A stretch of 64,000 nt of DNA from assembly GCA_964441745.1 (NCBI GenBank), contig CAYTYR010000001.1, forward strand, positions 194,754 to 258,753, read 5' to 3'. The DNA comes from an uncultured Clostridia bacterium (GTDB taxonomy: Bacteria; CAYTYR01; UBA6262). Numbering within the stretch: position 1 is the first letter of the stretch; each line of letters begins with the position of its first letter. The translations under genes and the position numbers were made by a program. The notes beneath the pieces were generated by a model. It was not told the DNA's origin, did not search any database, and was given only the letters and a program-made list of their open reading frames with translations. This document shows positions 1-9,602 of this stretch, in pieces.

Positions 1-735
1 TCCTGAAAGTATCGCATCAAATTTGCATATTGGGCATTGAGTCACATAACTCCTCCAGTCATCCACAATTATGGATACACTTCCTGAGGACATATGTTTT
101 GACTTCTCTTTTGCGGCCTCAATCATCTTCTTAACGCGATCTATTCGATCAAGTTTAAAAGTAGAAATAAATTGTTTGTCGTCTTTTGTTATAATATGGG
201 CATATTCCGATATTATCTTTCTGGACTGAAGAAGTGATAACAACCGTAATGCAAGAAAAGCCACCCTCTGGACTTCAAAGCTCTGAAATGATGGCAAAAC
301 AGAATGGACACTAGCATTTCTATATCTGGATAATAATTGCATATATGCATTAAGTTCTTGTTTGTGCTCTGGCAATAATACATAAAACAATGAAATACAA
401 TCATTTAACTCTTTTGTATTATATTTAAATGACCGCAAATCAATATCATATGGCCTTAAATTAAAACCTTTTGGTAAGGAACCAGGGCAAGAGAATAATA
501 CCTGGAGCTCAATAGGTAAATCCTTAAATATAAGTACTGGATTATTGCTAATTATAAACGTTTTCAGCATTAACTCTATTGCAATCCCCAAATTTCCTAA
601 AGCGGACTGGCTTCTTAAATTGTCAGTTTTATTTGCTTTGTGAAATATTTCCAATCCTATTTTTAAGTAGCTAATTGCTGAACCTTTAAATTCCTCTAAT
701 AAATACTGTGCTATAGAATCTGCATAATTTTTCAT
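1..735 (-). CDS. HEPN-like protein with CxxC motif (partial, runs off window; not in ORF track)
   Basis: Manual translation, open for 245 codons from ATG 735: MKNYADSIAQ...LGIAIELMLK...SRYRNASVHS (R-x4-H)...TQCPICKF. Confidence 0.7.
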   Translation of the reverse strand, partial: MKNYADSIAQYLLEEFKGSAISYLKIGLEIFHKANKTDNLRSQSALGNLGIAIELMLKTFIISNNPVLIFKDLPIELQVLFSCPGSLPKGFNLRPYDIDLRSFKYNTKELNDCISLFYVLLPEHKQELNAYMQLLSRYRNASVHSVLPSFQSFEVQRVAFLALRLLSLLQSRKIISEYAHIITKDDKQFISTFKLDRIDRVKKMIEAAKEKSKHMSSGSVSIIVDDWRSYVTQCPICKFDAILSG

Positions 736-788
736 ATTTTAGTTTAGTGTCCTTCGATTCAAAGTACTATGCCTTGGGGTAGCCTCTT

Positions 789-1094
789 CTATCTTATTAC
801 TTTCTTTGGTGGATATATTCTAACTCTCCCAGGAAGAAGATGATATCCTCTTGATATTCTTATCGAAATCTTCTCTTTTAAGAACAATTTTGCACCCTTT
901 ATAGTCTTAAAGGTTCTTCTTCTCTCTATTGGTTTAGTATAGCCCCAATACAGTCGCCCACCGCAACCACCAATTGATTGGACAGATCCATAACGAAAAT
1001 ATACTGTTCTTGCTCTTCTTCTAATTGCATAAGCTTTTGAACTGATCCCCTTAACATTCCAGTCATTTCTACCGACATAGAGTAATTTCGCCAT
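789..1094 (-). CDS. small basic protein, WGR-domain-like
   Basis: SD-like AAAGGGA upstream. VYFRYGSV...TFKTIKGAKLFLKEKISIRISRGY resembles the WGR pattern. Confidence 0.55.
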   Translation of the reverse strand: MAKLLYVGRNDWNVKGISSKAYAIRRRARTVYFRYGSVQSIGGCGGRLYWGYTKPIERRRTFKTIKGAKLFLKEKISIRISRGYHLLPGRVRIYPPKKVIR

Positions 1095-1151
1095 ACTTTA
1101 TATCCCTTTTACAGTTTTGAGTATTCCAGAGGATATGATACTTATTTTCAT

Positions 1152-1485
1152 GGGTCATCTCCAAAGTGAGTGGATGAATAAATCTATTATATAGACGGTA
1201 AAACGGCTTAAAAAACTCTACTTGAAAATAGGCTTGAAAATATAGTATAAAAGACGTATGAAAATAACCCGACTTTCACAAGCTTATGACTTTCCAGGAT
1301 TCAAGGCATTGACAAACGGAAGTGGCACTGCCCCCCCCCTTGTTTGTCGAAGGCCTCAATAACAAAATCAGGGTGTTTCAACGAAGAGCCTACGGGCTCA
1401 AGGATCAAGAATATCTACGGCTCAAAGTCCTTACGTGTATGCTTCCAAAACTGTCAGATTCATCCACTTGAAAAGGAGAAGAGCC
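1152..1485 (+). mobile_element. internally deleted ISL3-family element (334 bp)
   Basis: Imperfect terminal IRs GGGTCATCTCCAAAGTGAGTGGATGAAT and GGCTCTTCTCCTTTTCAAGTGGATGAAT (20/28). Keeps a transposase-like start (MKITRLSQAYDFPGF, 1258) and the ISL3 C-terminus (VEGLNNKIRVFQRRAYGLKDQEYLRLKVLTCML). Confidence 0.85.
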
Positions 1486-1670
1486 GAAATTCCTATTATA
1501 TTACTTACTGTTTTAGGTATTGCGATCCCAGGGTTAATACGTTTTACATAATTTTCCTGGGAACCGTCTAATTGGCATTTAATCATTCCTATTTCCACTA
1601 TTTTATCTTTTTCAATCCATAATCCTGTAGTTTCAAGATCTAGGATAACTAAAGAATTATTAAGCTTCAT
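1486..1670 (-). pseudogene. truncated DnaQ-like (DEDD) 3'-5' exonuclease
   Basis: ExoI motif LDLETTG and INPGIAIP. The frame enters the ISL3 IR at 1485 and the rest of the gene is absent. Confidence 0.8.
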
Positions 1671-1742
1671 TATTTATCTCCTTAAAAACTAACAGTTACT
1701 TTTAGAGTCAGCGGGCGAGAATTTAGTTTTTCTTGTATTCCC

Positions 1743-2180
1743 CTAAATACTTTCAACTTTCAGTGCCTTCCCCCGTTGTTTTCCTTTAATAATACGCCCT
1801 GCCTTATTTATTATTTCGTCAAATTGTTCTTGATTAATAGCCTTACCAAATGCCCCAACCTGTATACCTAAATCTGAATATAGCCTGACAGGTTTACCAT
1901 AGACAACCGTAGAACCAATTATATATGTACATTTTGCTTGGTGAAATTCTTTTAGATCCTCCTCGCTTGGAGTAACCTTATCAATAACAACCATATGGCC
2001 GTAAGCTAATCCTTCTCTTGATAATATGATAATATCTGCATTTTTATTTTGGGTAAATCGAAAACGACCTAAATTCTCACATAAAAGATCTGTAGACAAA
2101 TACGATTTCAATTCTTCCGGGCATTGAAATATGTCTTTACTTAAACCATAAATAATAATTTTCTCATCCACTATATCCAC
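1743..2180 (-). CDS. hypothetical protein, possible EVE/PUA-like fold (true start may be GTG 2171)
   Basis: 145-aa ORF with GGAGG SD. YGKPVRL...GKAINQEQFDEII resembles EVE-like C-termini. Confidence 0.6.
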   Translation of the reverse strand: MDIVDEKIIIYGLSKDIFQCPEELKSYLSTDLLCENLGRFRFTQNKNADIIILSREGLAYGHMVVIDKVTPSEEDLKEFHQAKCTYIIGSTVVYGKPVRLYSDLGIQVGAFGKAINQEQFDEIINKAGRIIKGKQRGKALKVESI

Positions 2181-2229
2181 CTCCGATTTAGATTACAAGT
2201 ATTAGGCCTGTGTTGGGGTGTCCCAAAAA

Positions 2230-3972
2230 TTATTCGTTAATCAGACTATATAAATAGTCGACCAATCTTTTCTTCCTATTTTCAACAAATTCACCATAAC
2301 TCAACTTCTTTTTATAAATACCTTTCCATAGAAAATGCTTATCGAGATTCTTACAGCACTCTTTATTTAGATAATCATATGGGGACTGCTTTTTGATTTC
2401 CTCATTTGTTTTATCCGTAATAAGCATTCTATTAATAATAATATTCAGATCAGATTCTTCTATATCTTTTACTTCAACGCATTTCTTAGGGTAAATATGG
2501 TGGTCATGTAAGATAGAGTCTGCTAAGTACTCATGAGAATAGATATCTTCTGCCCCATTGATTAGTGGCATACATAAGATTGCTTTGTACCTCGCATCTC
2601 CCGATGAATTGATATCATCTATTCTCTCTTTAATCATTCCTTTGGATAGCCAAAACTTAATATCTGATGGTATCTTCTCCCTTTTGCCAATTTGGATATA
2701 CTGCCTCAAAAGGCAATAGTGGTCACTAACGGTGGTATCTGAATGTTTCTCATATGCCCTCGCAAAAATGCTCCCCCAATACCAGTGTTTTATTTTTTCT
2801 TTAAATCCTGCCTTATACTTTTCATCATACTCCTTATAAACATCTATCCACCACAATATAGCTGCCAACGTAACAATCATAGGTGTATACGGAATATACT
2901 TCTTTTGACATGCCCCAAAATCCCATCTTAACTTTTTAAGTGCTTTTGCCGTATATAAGCATGCGTGGTCCCAGTCTTCTTTAAAATCTTTTCTGAATGA
3001 ATCCTTAGCTTTGCGCTCTGACCTTAGGTCGATATTGTATTTCTTCTGAACATTCTTCAAGTCTTTTTGCACGCATGTTGGATTATCGGAACCGTTCTTT
3101 GTCTGCCGGATCAATAGAAGTACTTTTAATAAATAGATCGGGTCTAAATCGTACTGCTTAAATACATCATGTTTTCTAAAACTATACTTCCACATCTCCC
3201 GTAAATTAATATGATATGCATTCACCCGCGCGCTTACTAGGTCAAATGCAGTCAAATCAGTGCCGGCCTCATTTAATAGCCTGAATATGTTGGTATGATC
3301 CTGCGGATTCAGCTTCCTTATTACATATTCCACGGGGCACTTATAATTTAAAATGCGCTTTCGCACATCGAGTACATTATTAATATATTTTTTGTGGATT
3401 TTAGCTTTTTTATCAAATGCTTTTACAAACCACTTTTTTATATATTTTTCACTCAAAATATATTCAACAGGTATTAGCTTATCTTTGCCTTGAAGCTCAT
3501 AATTCTCCCTATCATCTTCTTCTGTCGGCCGAGGAATAACAAAAGTAGGCTTATCTATATCTACTGGTAACCTATTAGGGTTTACCGTGATATCTAGGAA
3601 TATCTTGTATTTCTTGCCATCCCCCTCTAAGGAATCGCTTGGCCTAAAAGAACTCGGGGCATTCATTGTGTAAAGAAATGTCCTAAGTCGTTGTTGCCCA
3701 TCAATTACGTAGTATTTAGGTCGAAATGCATAGGCTTCCCTATTATTAAAAGAATTCCTCCCAAGATCAGTATTTTCCATGTAGCGAAGAAAAAGTAGTG
3801 TTCCTATAGGATAATGCCTGATGATACTCTCGACCAACATAGCCATTTGTTTTGGCTTCCAGACAAACTCTCTCTGAAAGCTTGGCAAACACACATAATC
3901 AGTCTTCATCTTTTTAATTAAGGAGTTAATTAATTCTGGCTTTACATCTTTCTCTTTACTTATTTTTGCCAT
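2230..3972 (-). CDS. GmrSD-family (DUF262 plus HNH-like DUF1524) restriction endonuclease
   Basis: LPSFQREFVW, YPIGTLL, VIDGQQRL, IFRLLN, then C-terminal DHHIYPK...NRMLITDKTN. Confidence 0.85.
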   Translation of the reverse strand: MAKISKEKDVKPELINSLIKKMKTDYVCLPSFQREFVWKPKQMAMLVESIIRHYPIGTLLFLRYMENTDLGRNSFNNREAYAFRPKYYVIDGQQRLRTFLYTMNAPSSFRPSDSLEGDGKKYKIFLDITVNPNRLPVDIDKPTFVIPRPTEEDDRENYELQGKDKLIPVEYILSEKYIKKWFVKAFDKKAKIHKKYINNVLDVRKRILNYKCPVEYVIRKLNPQDHTNIFRLLNEAGTDLTAFDLVSARVNAYHINLREMWKYSFRKHDVFKQYDLDPIYLLKVLLLIRQTKNGSDNPTCVQKDLKNVQKKYNIDLRSERKAKDSFRKDFKEDWDHACLYTAKALKKLRWDFGACQKKYIPYTPMIVTLAAILWWIDVYKEYDEKYKAGFKEKIKHWYWGSIFARAYEKHSDTTVSDHYCLLRQYIQIGKREKIPSDIKFWLSKGMIKERIDDINSSGDARYKAILCMPLINGAEDIYSHEYLADSILHDHHIYPKKCVEVKDIEESDLNIIINRMLITDKTNEEIKKQSPYDYLNKECCKNLDKHFLWKGIYKKKLSYGEFVENRKKRLVDYLYSLINE

Positions 3973-4084
3973 TATGTGCACACTCTTCTTTTATAATAAA
4001 CAGGATCTTTGGAAACTTAAGATTTCTCGGGGCAAAGCACTCATTGTAAATAAATGAGTATCGTGTCCCCTGATATGGTGCGTT

Positions 4085-4555
4085 CTAATAATGAACACCT
4101 TCGGCAAGCATAAATTCTTCAAGACAGATACATTTTACTTTAAAATCTTGACATACATTTGGGATACGTGCGGCAGCCCCAGTCTTTAACTTTTCCTCCG
4201 TGACTATAATCGCATTATGGACCCTCGCCGCAGCTATGAGGAAAGGATCGGATACAGGCTTTCCTTTAGATATTTTCTCAGATCTGACTAGATTTCTGTA
4301 TTGCTCCCTTTCAAACATTGTTTTGAGAAAATTCAGCTCTTCAGTATTTGGCGCAAGGAATATATATTTGTGTTTTCCAAGCCAATCAATAAGACGCTTA
4401 TCATGAGTATACTCTTGTAATTCTCTATACACTTCTCTTACAGAACGCAAACTTCCATTGTCCGATAGAGTATTAACTATGCTCCATACTGTAGGCATTA
4501 CGGGTGGATAATAATTTGCTAAGGCTCCAAATGAACTAGAATCAAAAATATACAT
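4085..4555 (-). CDS. PIN-domain protein (DUF4411-like)
   Basis: YIFDSS, VREVYRE, SDPFLIAAA, IVTEE, RIPNVC. Start overlaps the upstream stop codon. Confidence 0.85.
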   Translation of the reverse strand: MYIFDSSSFGALANYYPPVMPTVWSIVNTLSDNGSLRSVREVYRELQEYTHDKRLIDWLGKHKYIFLAPNTEELNFLKTMFEREQYRNLVRSEKISKGKPVSDPFLIAAARVHNAIIVTEEKLKTGAAARIPNVCQDFKVKCICLEEFMLAEGVHY

Positions 4556-5706
4556 TATTGCCGTCCTAAGTAACTCTCAAGATTATTGATGTAGCGAGCC
4601 TTAATATTAAGATGAGAAGCGAGATCGGCTTTGTTAATACGCTTACTGTAATAATTGGTGAATGCCAATGTAGCAAACCCCTCACCAACATATGCCAAAC
4701 GAGTGCGATAGTAGTCGCCACTGGATTTCACATTTTTTCTGGCACGCAGGTAATCTTCATTCCATTCCTTTGACTTCTTTTCATAGATTTCCTGACTTAC
4801 CTTCTTTTTATCTAATAATTTGCGGAGGATGACTTCACGACTGACTGAATACCTTTCTGCTAAATGAGCAACTATATCATCATTTATCGTTTCTATTCCT
4901 TTTATATCCTTCATAAATTGTTCCTCTGGCACTAATACCTCAGCTGCAAAATTATTACATTTAATTTCAAGCCTTTGTTCACTATCTATCATTTCACTGA
5001 TATAATTCTCGTTGATGTCAGTTACTCCATTTACTCCAACTAGAATGTGCCCCAGTTCATGTATAAGAGTAAATACTTGACGGGAAAAGGCGGTTGAATT
5101 ATTAATCATAATTACGGGAAATTCTTCGTCTAGCAAGCTGAATCCGGATATGAAACGATCTTCAAATGAATCTTTAAAAGTAAATATGCCTGATTCTTCT
5201 AACATATGACGACAATATTTAAACATTTGTTCTGGGGAATGAAAGGAAAATTGCTTTGAAATGCTCAACCCAATTCGTTCACGTATTAAATTAGATAGTT
5301 CCTTAATAGAATAATCTACTACTTTTATTTCGCGAAATATTAGCCTAACTGGCTTGCTATCTGTTATCAATTTTTTCAGTGAAGCCTGGTAATTCATTCC
5401 TAAACGTAACATAAAAAAAGTATCAGAGCTAAATCTCCTTATTTCACTTTCGGGAAGTCTACGGAATTTATGTACTGGGTCCTCTATTTTTGGAGGCTTT
5501 GGAAAGAAGAACACAGCTAAAGGTATCCTGAGATGTTTATATGCTAAATCTTCCAAACAAGTAAATGAAGGGAAATCAGCTCCAGTTTCCCACATACTAA
5601 TCTCTTCTGGACTGCGATGCATCCTTTGGGCAAGTTCCTCTATAGAAATCCGACTACGCTCTCTTGCCCAGGTAATTATTCTTGGATTAATGCTTTCAAC
5701 TTTCAT
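4555..5706 (-). CDS. XRE HTH plus ImmA/IrrE-family metallopeptidase
   Basis: N-terminal HTH (WARERSRISIEELA...ISMWETG), RQVFTLIHELGH (HExxH), EIKCNNFAAEVLVP. Confidence 0.9.
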   Translation of the reverse strand: MKVESINPRIITWARERSRISIEELAQRMHRSPEEISMWETGADFPSFTCLEDLAYKHLRIPLAVFFFPKPPKIEDPVHKFRRLPESEIRRFSSDTFFMLRLGMNYQASLKKLITDSKPVRLIFREIKVVDYSIKELSNLIRERIGLSISKQFSFHSPEQMFKYCRHMLEESGIFTFKDSFEDRFISGFSLLDEEFPVIMINNSTAFSRQVFTLIHELGHILVGVNGVTDINENYISEMIDSEQRLEIKCNNFAAEVLVPEEQFMKDIKGIETINDDIVAHLAERYSVSREVILRKLLDKKKVSQEIYEKKSKEWNEDYLRARKNVKSSGDYYRTRLAYVGEGFATLAFTNYYSKRINKADLASHLNIKARYINNLESYLGRQ

Positions 5707-5830
5707 AATTAAATTCCTCTTATTTAGGTATTGGTGGTGGTGGTACTTAGTAAGTTACCACCTAACCCCAAAAAAACCATCCTGATTATTCTCCTTATTT
5801 CCTAATAAAACTGAAACATCCTTCTTTATT

Positions 5831-6556
5831 TTAATAGCTCCAGTTTTCATGTCGAAGGGGTATTCGATTCAATCCTTCTTTATAGAATCGCCACTTCGCC
5901 AAGAACTGATCCATGAGGGCAACAAATCTTTCATTGTGGCGTCGTTCCAGAAGGTGAGTCATCTCATGGACTACTATGTATTCAATATATTCTTTGGGCT
6001 TCTTTGCTAATTCGAGATTCAGCCATATCCGCTTCGGGACTCTACTACATGTACCCCACCGAGTCCGCATCTTCCTTATTCCAAACTTGTTCACCTTAAC
6101 ATTCATTATTTTTTCGTATTGAGAGATTATCCCGGGTATAATCTCTTTCAAGTTTTGGCGGTACCACTCGTCTAATATTTCCTGCCTCTTCTTCAGTCCT
6201 GTGTTTGGCCGAATAAACATCTCCATTGTTTCGTGCTTTATAGTTACCTTTGGCGGAGCGTTATGCTCTATCACGCACAACAGATAGCGTTTGCCCAGGT
6301 AGTAATGACTTTCTCTTGTTATGCATTCCCTTGGAGCCTCTCTTACTTGATTGCGAAACTTATTTTGCTGTTTCTTAATCCAGCTCAGCTTTGAGATAGC
6401 GAACACCCTGATGGTATCCATATCCATACGCAGGGGTGCGGCTATCCTCACTCTGCCGGATGGCGGATAAACACTCAGATGTACATTTTTAATGTCTTTC
6501 TGCGCCACATCAACAGAAATATCACCCAACATTATCTGCTTCATCTCAATACTCAT
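5831..6556 (-). CDS. M48/YgjP (DUF45) metal-dependent hydrolase associated with type I R-M
   Basis: MRTRWGTC, EYIVVHEMTHL...HNERF. Overlaps the hsdR stop. Confidence 0.9.
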   Translation of the reverse strand: MSIEMKQIMLGDISVDVAQKDIKNVHLSVYPPSGRVRIAAPLRMDMDTIRVFAISKLSWIKKQQNKFRNQVREAPRECITRESHYYLGKRYLLCVIEHNAPPKVTIKHETMEMFIRPNTGLKKRQEILDEWYRQNLKEIIPGIISQYEKIMNVKVNKFGIRKMRTRWGTCSRVPKRIWLNLELAKKPKEYIEYIVVHEMTHLLERRHNERFVALMDQFLAKWRFYKEGLNRIPLRHENWSY

Positions 6557-9500
6557 TTTGTTGTTTTATAATTTGAAAGATTCTTTCAACTTCATCTTTG
6601 TCGTGCAGTACTTCATATATAGCTTGTTTGATCAAATTTTCGCTTGGGATGTTACCCCGCCAATCAGCTCTCCTGCTAGAATATACTGCGTCATTCACTA
6701 ATCCTGCCGATTTCGCACTATTCCCAAGATTGTGATACAGTGCACGTTGTGCATTTGTCTTTATTTCTGCAGGCAGATCGTCTTGAGCAGGATTCGTCAC
6801 TCTTTTTGCAAGTTCGGCAATCTTTTTCAAATACTCTTCATATGAAATAGCGTTCTCTTTTCTTTCTTTAATAATTGCACTTAGGAGCTTGGACATCTCA
6901 TCAAAGTACGCCGGGTCAATTAAATGATCTTTAATAATTTTGGCTCTTACATTTCCAGCAATCGTTTCAGCGACCGCTTCTTTGCTACTTCTTATTCCTT
7001 CGGGAAGATTATTAATTGCCTCGGCAATGCCGCTATTTATCATAATATCAAGCAATGACTGATCACCAAACGGATCAATCCGCCTACTATCTTCCGCTTG
7101 AATATAGGTATCAATCAGGTGTCGCATATCGGCCTCATAGGTTTTAAGGTCTAGTTTTTCACCGCTCGCCATACGAATCTCTTCTCTCAATTTCAAATAT
7201 TTATCAACCTTATTTTCTATCATTTCAATTTCACCAGCACTGTATCCGGCTTCACTCATCTCGTCCGCAATATTAGCGTAGGATCGTACCAATCCAACCG
7301 CATGCTTGTAGAGCGCGGTTCTCTTCATTTCGCTATCTTTCAAGTCTTGTTTATTTTCCGGGTTACCACAAAAATAATGGATGTGCGCCAAACTATCTTT
7401 TGGCGGCAATACAGGCTCACAAACCAAAGCTATGGCCTCAAGTGCATCATCTAATCGCTCCTTGCCTTTGGCTAAACGATCTTTCAGTAGAATATCTATA
7501 TCTTTCTTTTCAAAAGTCTCACAATCCAATTCAGAAGCGTAAACCGAATAGGCGCCTTCTAACTTTGTGAATAGATCTTTATAATCCACGATATATCCGA
7601 AATCCTTATCTTCACTATCCAAGCGATTCACACGACAGATAGCCTGAAATAGCCCATGATCTTGCATTTTCTTGTCTATATACAAATAGGTACAAGGCGG
7701 CGCATCAAAACCAACCAGGAGCTTATCCACCACAATGAGCAGTTTCATATTTGCCGGCTCTTTGATAAATATTGTCCTGGCTTTGTCCTCGTAGGTTTCT
7801 GATTTTGATTTGCCTGGCTCTGGAGATATCTCTTTTAGTAAATCGGAGTATACTTTATACACATACTCCTTCTCAGTCTCAGTATTTTCACCCGTTCCTT
7901 CGGTAGCAATGTCTTTGGTGGCAGGATTATACGAAGTAATCAGAGCGCATCTGCCTTTAAGTGATGTATTTTGAAACAGCTCAAAATAACGCGTTGCTTC
8001 ATAAATACTTCCCGCAATCAAAATCGCATTTCCAAATTCAGAGTTAAGCCGTGGTTTTGTGCTAAAGTCAAATACTACATCTTGCACGATTTTTTCCAAC
8101 CGTGATTTGGAACTCAATACCTGTTGCATCGTGCCCCATTTTCTTTTCAGTTCATGCTTTTGGAAATCATTAAGCCCTTTGGTTTTGGCTTCAAACCACG
8201 CATCCACTCTTTCCTTAGAAGAAAGCCTCGTATCAATATCACGTGCCTCATACATCAGATCCAAAACTACGCCGTCCTCCACTGCTTCATTAAATTTATA
8301 GGTGTGAATATACCTGCCAAATACTTGTTGGCTCGTTTGCTTATCTTTCTTAAGCAGAGGTGTTCCGGTAAAGCCGATAAATACGGCGTTCTTTAAAATC
8401 GCTTTCATTACCTTGTGCATCTTCCCTGATTCAGAGCGATGACACTCATCCACAAATACAAACAGTTCACCCACAGTATTACTCGGACCACTCTTCAGTT
8501 CTTCAATATAAGCATCAAAATTATCTACACCACGAGCGCCGAATTTATGAATGAGAGAACAAAGCAGGCGAGGCAAAGGATTATTCAATTGCTCCATCAA
8601 ATCCTTGCCGCTTGTTGTGCGCTTAATTTCTCTTTCACCGGCTTCATGGAATACGCGCTCTATCTGCTTATCCAGCTCAATCCGATCAGTCAAAATTACC
8701 ACACGCGCATTGGGATTGTTTTCTAGTATCCACTTAGCAAGCCAGACCATAATCAAACTCTTGCCACTTCCTTGGGTGTGCCAAATAATTCCGCCTTCGC
8801 GCCTGCGAACAAAATCCTGCGCAACTTTGATGCCAAAATACTGATGTGTTCTAGGTAGTTTCTTAATCCCACAATCAAATAATACAAAGTTATACAATAT
8901 TTCTAAAAGTCTTTTTTTATCGCACATCTTGAGCAAGTATTTATCTAGCTGAAGCATACTATCGTCTTGCTCGTCTTCTTTCCATTTCAAAAAATACTTT
9001 TCTGGCGTAAGAATAGTCCCATATCTCAAACCTTCAGTATCGTTGCCGGCAAAAACGAATTGGATCGTAGAAAAAAATGATTGGATAAACTCTTTTTGTT
9101 GATTGACGATGTTCTGCCGGATACCATCACCAACAGACACAACGCTTCTTTTGAGCTCCAATACGCCAAGGGCGATGCCGTTCACATACAAAACAATGTC
9201 GGGCCGTTTTTCACGATTGCCTTGAATCGTTACCTCTTCAGCAATAGCAAAATTATTCTTTTCTGGATTTTCCCAATCAATCAGCTTCACTTGTTGATTA
9301 TTTTCACCGGCATTTTCTACAACGCCAATCCCATAGCGAAGTAATTTATAAATGTTTTGATTATTGGTGTAGAGGTTTTCAGTGAAGTTGTTGGCAGCAG
9401 TGCGAAGTTTATCCAATGCTCGCGCAATCAAGGTATCGCTATATCCACGGCTGGACAGATATTTCCTCACCTCTGATTCTTCGATATTGGTATTATCCGG

Positions 9501-9602
9501 TCGATCCGCCCAGTTGCCAAGGTAGTCATATTTAAGCCGCTCTCGAAACAACTCAATCACGCGGTTTTGGGTGATGCGCTCAATGTTGCCGATGTTATTC
9601 AT
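6546..9602 (-). CDS. hsdR: type I restriction enzyme subunit R
   Basis: RPDIVLYVNG...LELK nuclease, WHTQGSGKS, DECHRS, GFTGTP, QAICRVNR. Start moved to ATG 9602 (GGAG SD, coupled to the herA stop). Confidence 0.95.
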   Translation of the reverse strand: MNNIGNIERITQNRVIELFRERLKYDYLGNWADRPDNTNIEESEVRKYLSSRGYSDTLIARALDKLRTAANNFTENLYTNNQNIYKLLRYGIGVVENAGENNQQVKLIDWENPEKNNFAIAEEVTIQGNREKRPDIVLYVNGIALGVLELKRSVVSVGDGIRQNIVNQQKEFIQSFFSTIQFVFAGNDTEGLRYGTILTPEKYFLKWKEDEQDDSMLQLDKYLLKMCDKKRLLEILYNFVLFDCGIKKLPRTHQYFGIKVAQDFVRRREGGIIWHTQGSGKSLIMVWLAKWILENNPNARVVILTDRIELDKQIERVFHEAGEREIKRTTSGKDLMEQLNNPLPRLLCSLIHKFGARGVDNFDAYIEELKSGPSNTVGELFVFVDECHRSESGKMHKVMKAILKNAVFIGFTGTPLLKKDKQTSQQVFGRYIHTYKFNEAVEDGVVLDLMYEARDIDTRLSSKERVDAWFEAKTKGLNDFQKHELKRKWGTMQQVLSSKSRLEKIVQDVVFDFSTKPRLNSEFGNAILIAGSIYEATRYFELFQNTSLKGRCALITSYNPATKDIATEGTGENTETEKEYVYKVYSDLLKEISPEPGKSKSETYEDKARTIFIKEPANMKLLIVVDKLLVGFDAPPCTYLYIDKKMQDHGLFQAICRVNRLDSEDKDFGYIVDYKDLFTKLEGAYSVYASELDCETFEKKDIDILLKDRLAKGKERLDDALEAIALVCEPVLPPKDSLAHIHYFCGNPENKQDLKDSEMKRTALYKHAVGLVRSYANIADEMSEAGYSAGEIEMIENKVDKYLKLREEIRMASGEKLDLKTYEADMRHLIDTYIQAEDSRRIDPFGDQSLLDIMINSGIAEAINNLPEGIRSSKEAVAETIAGNVRAKIIKDHLIDPAYFDEMSKLLSAIIKERKENAISYEEYLKKIAELAKRVTNPAQDDLPAEIKTNAQRALYHNLGNSAKSAGLVNDAVYSSRRADWRGNIPSENLIKQAIYEVLHDKDEVERIFQIIKQQNEY

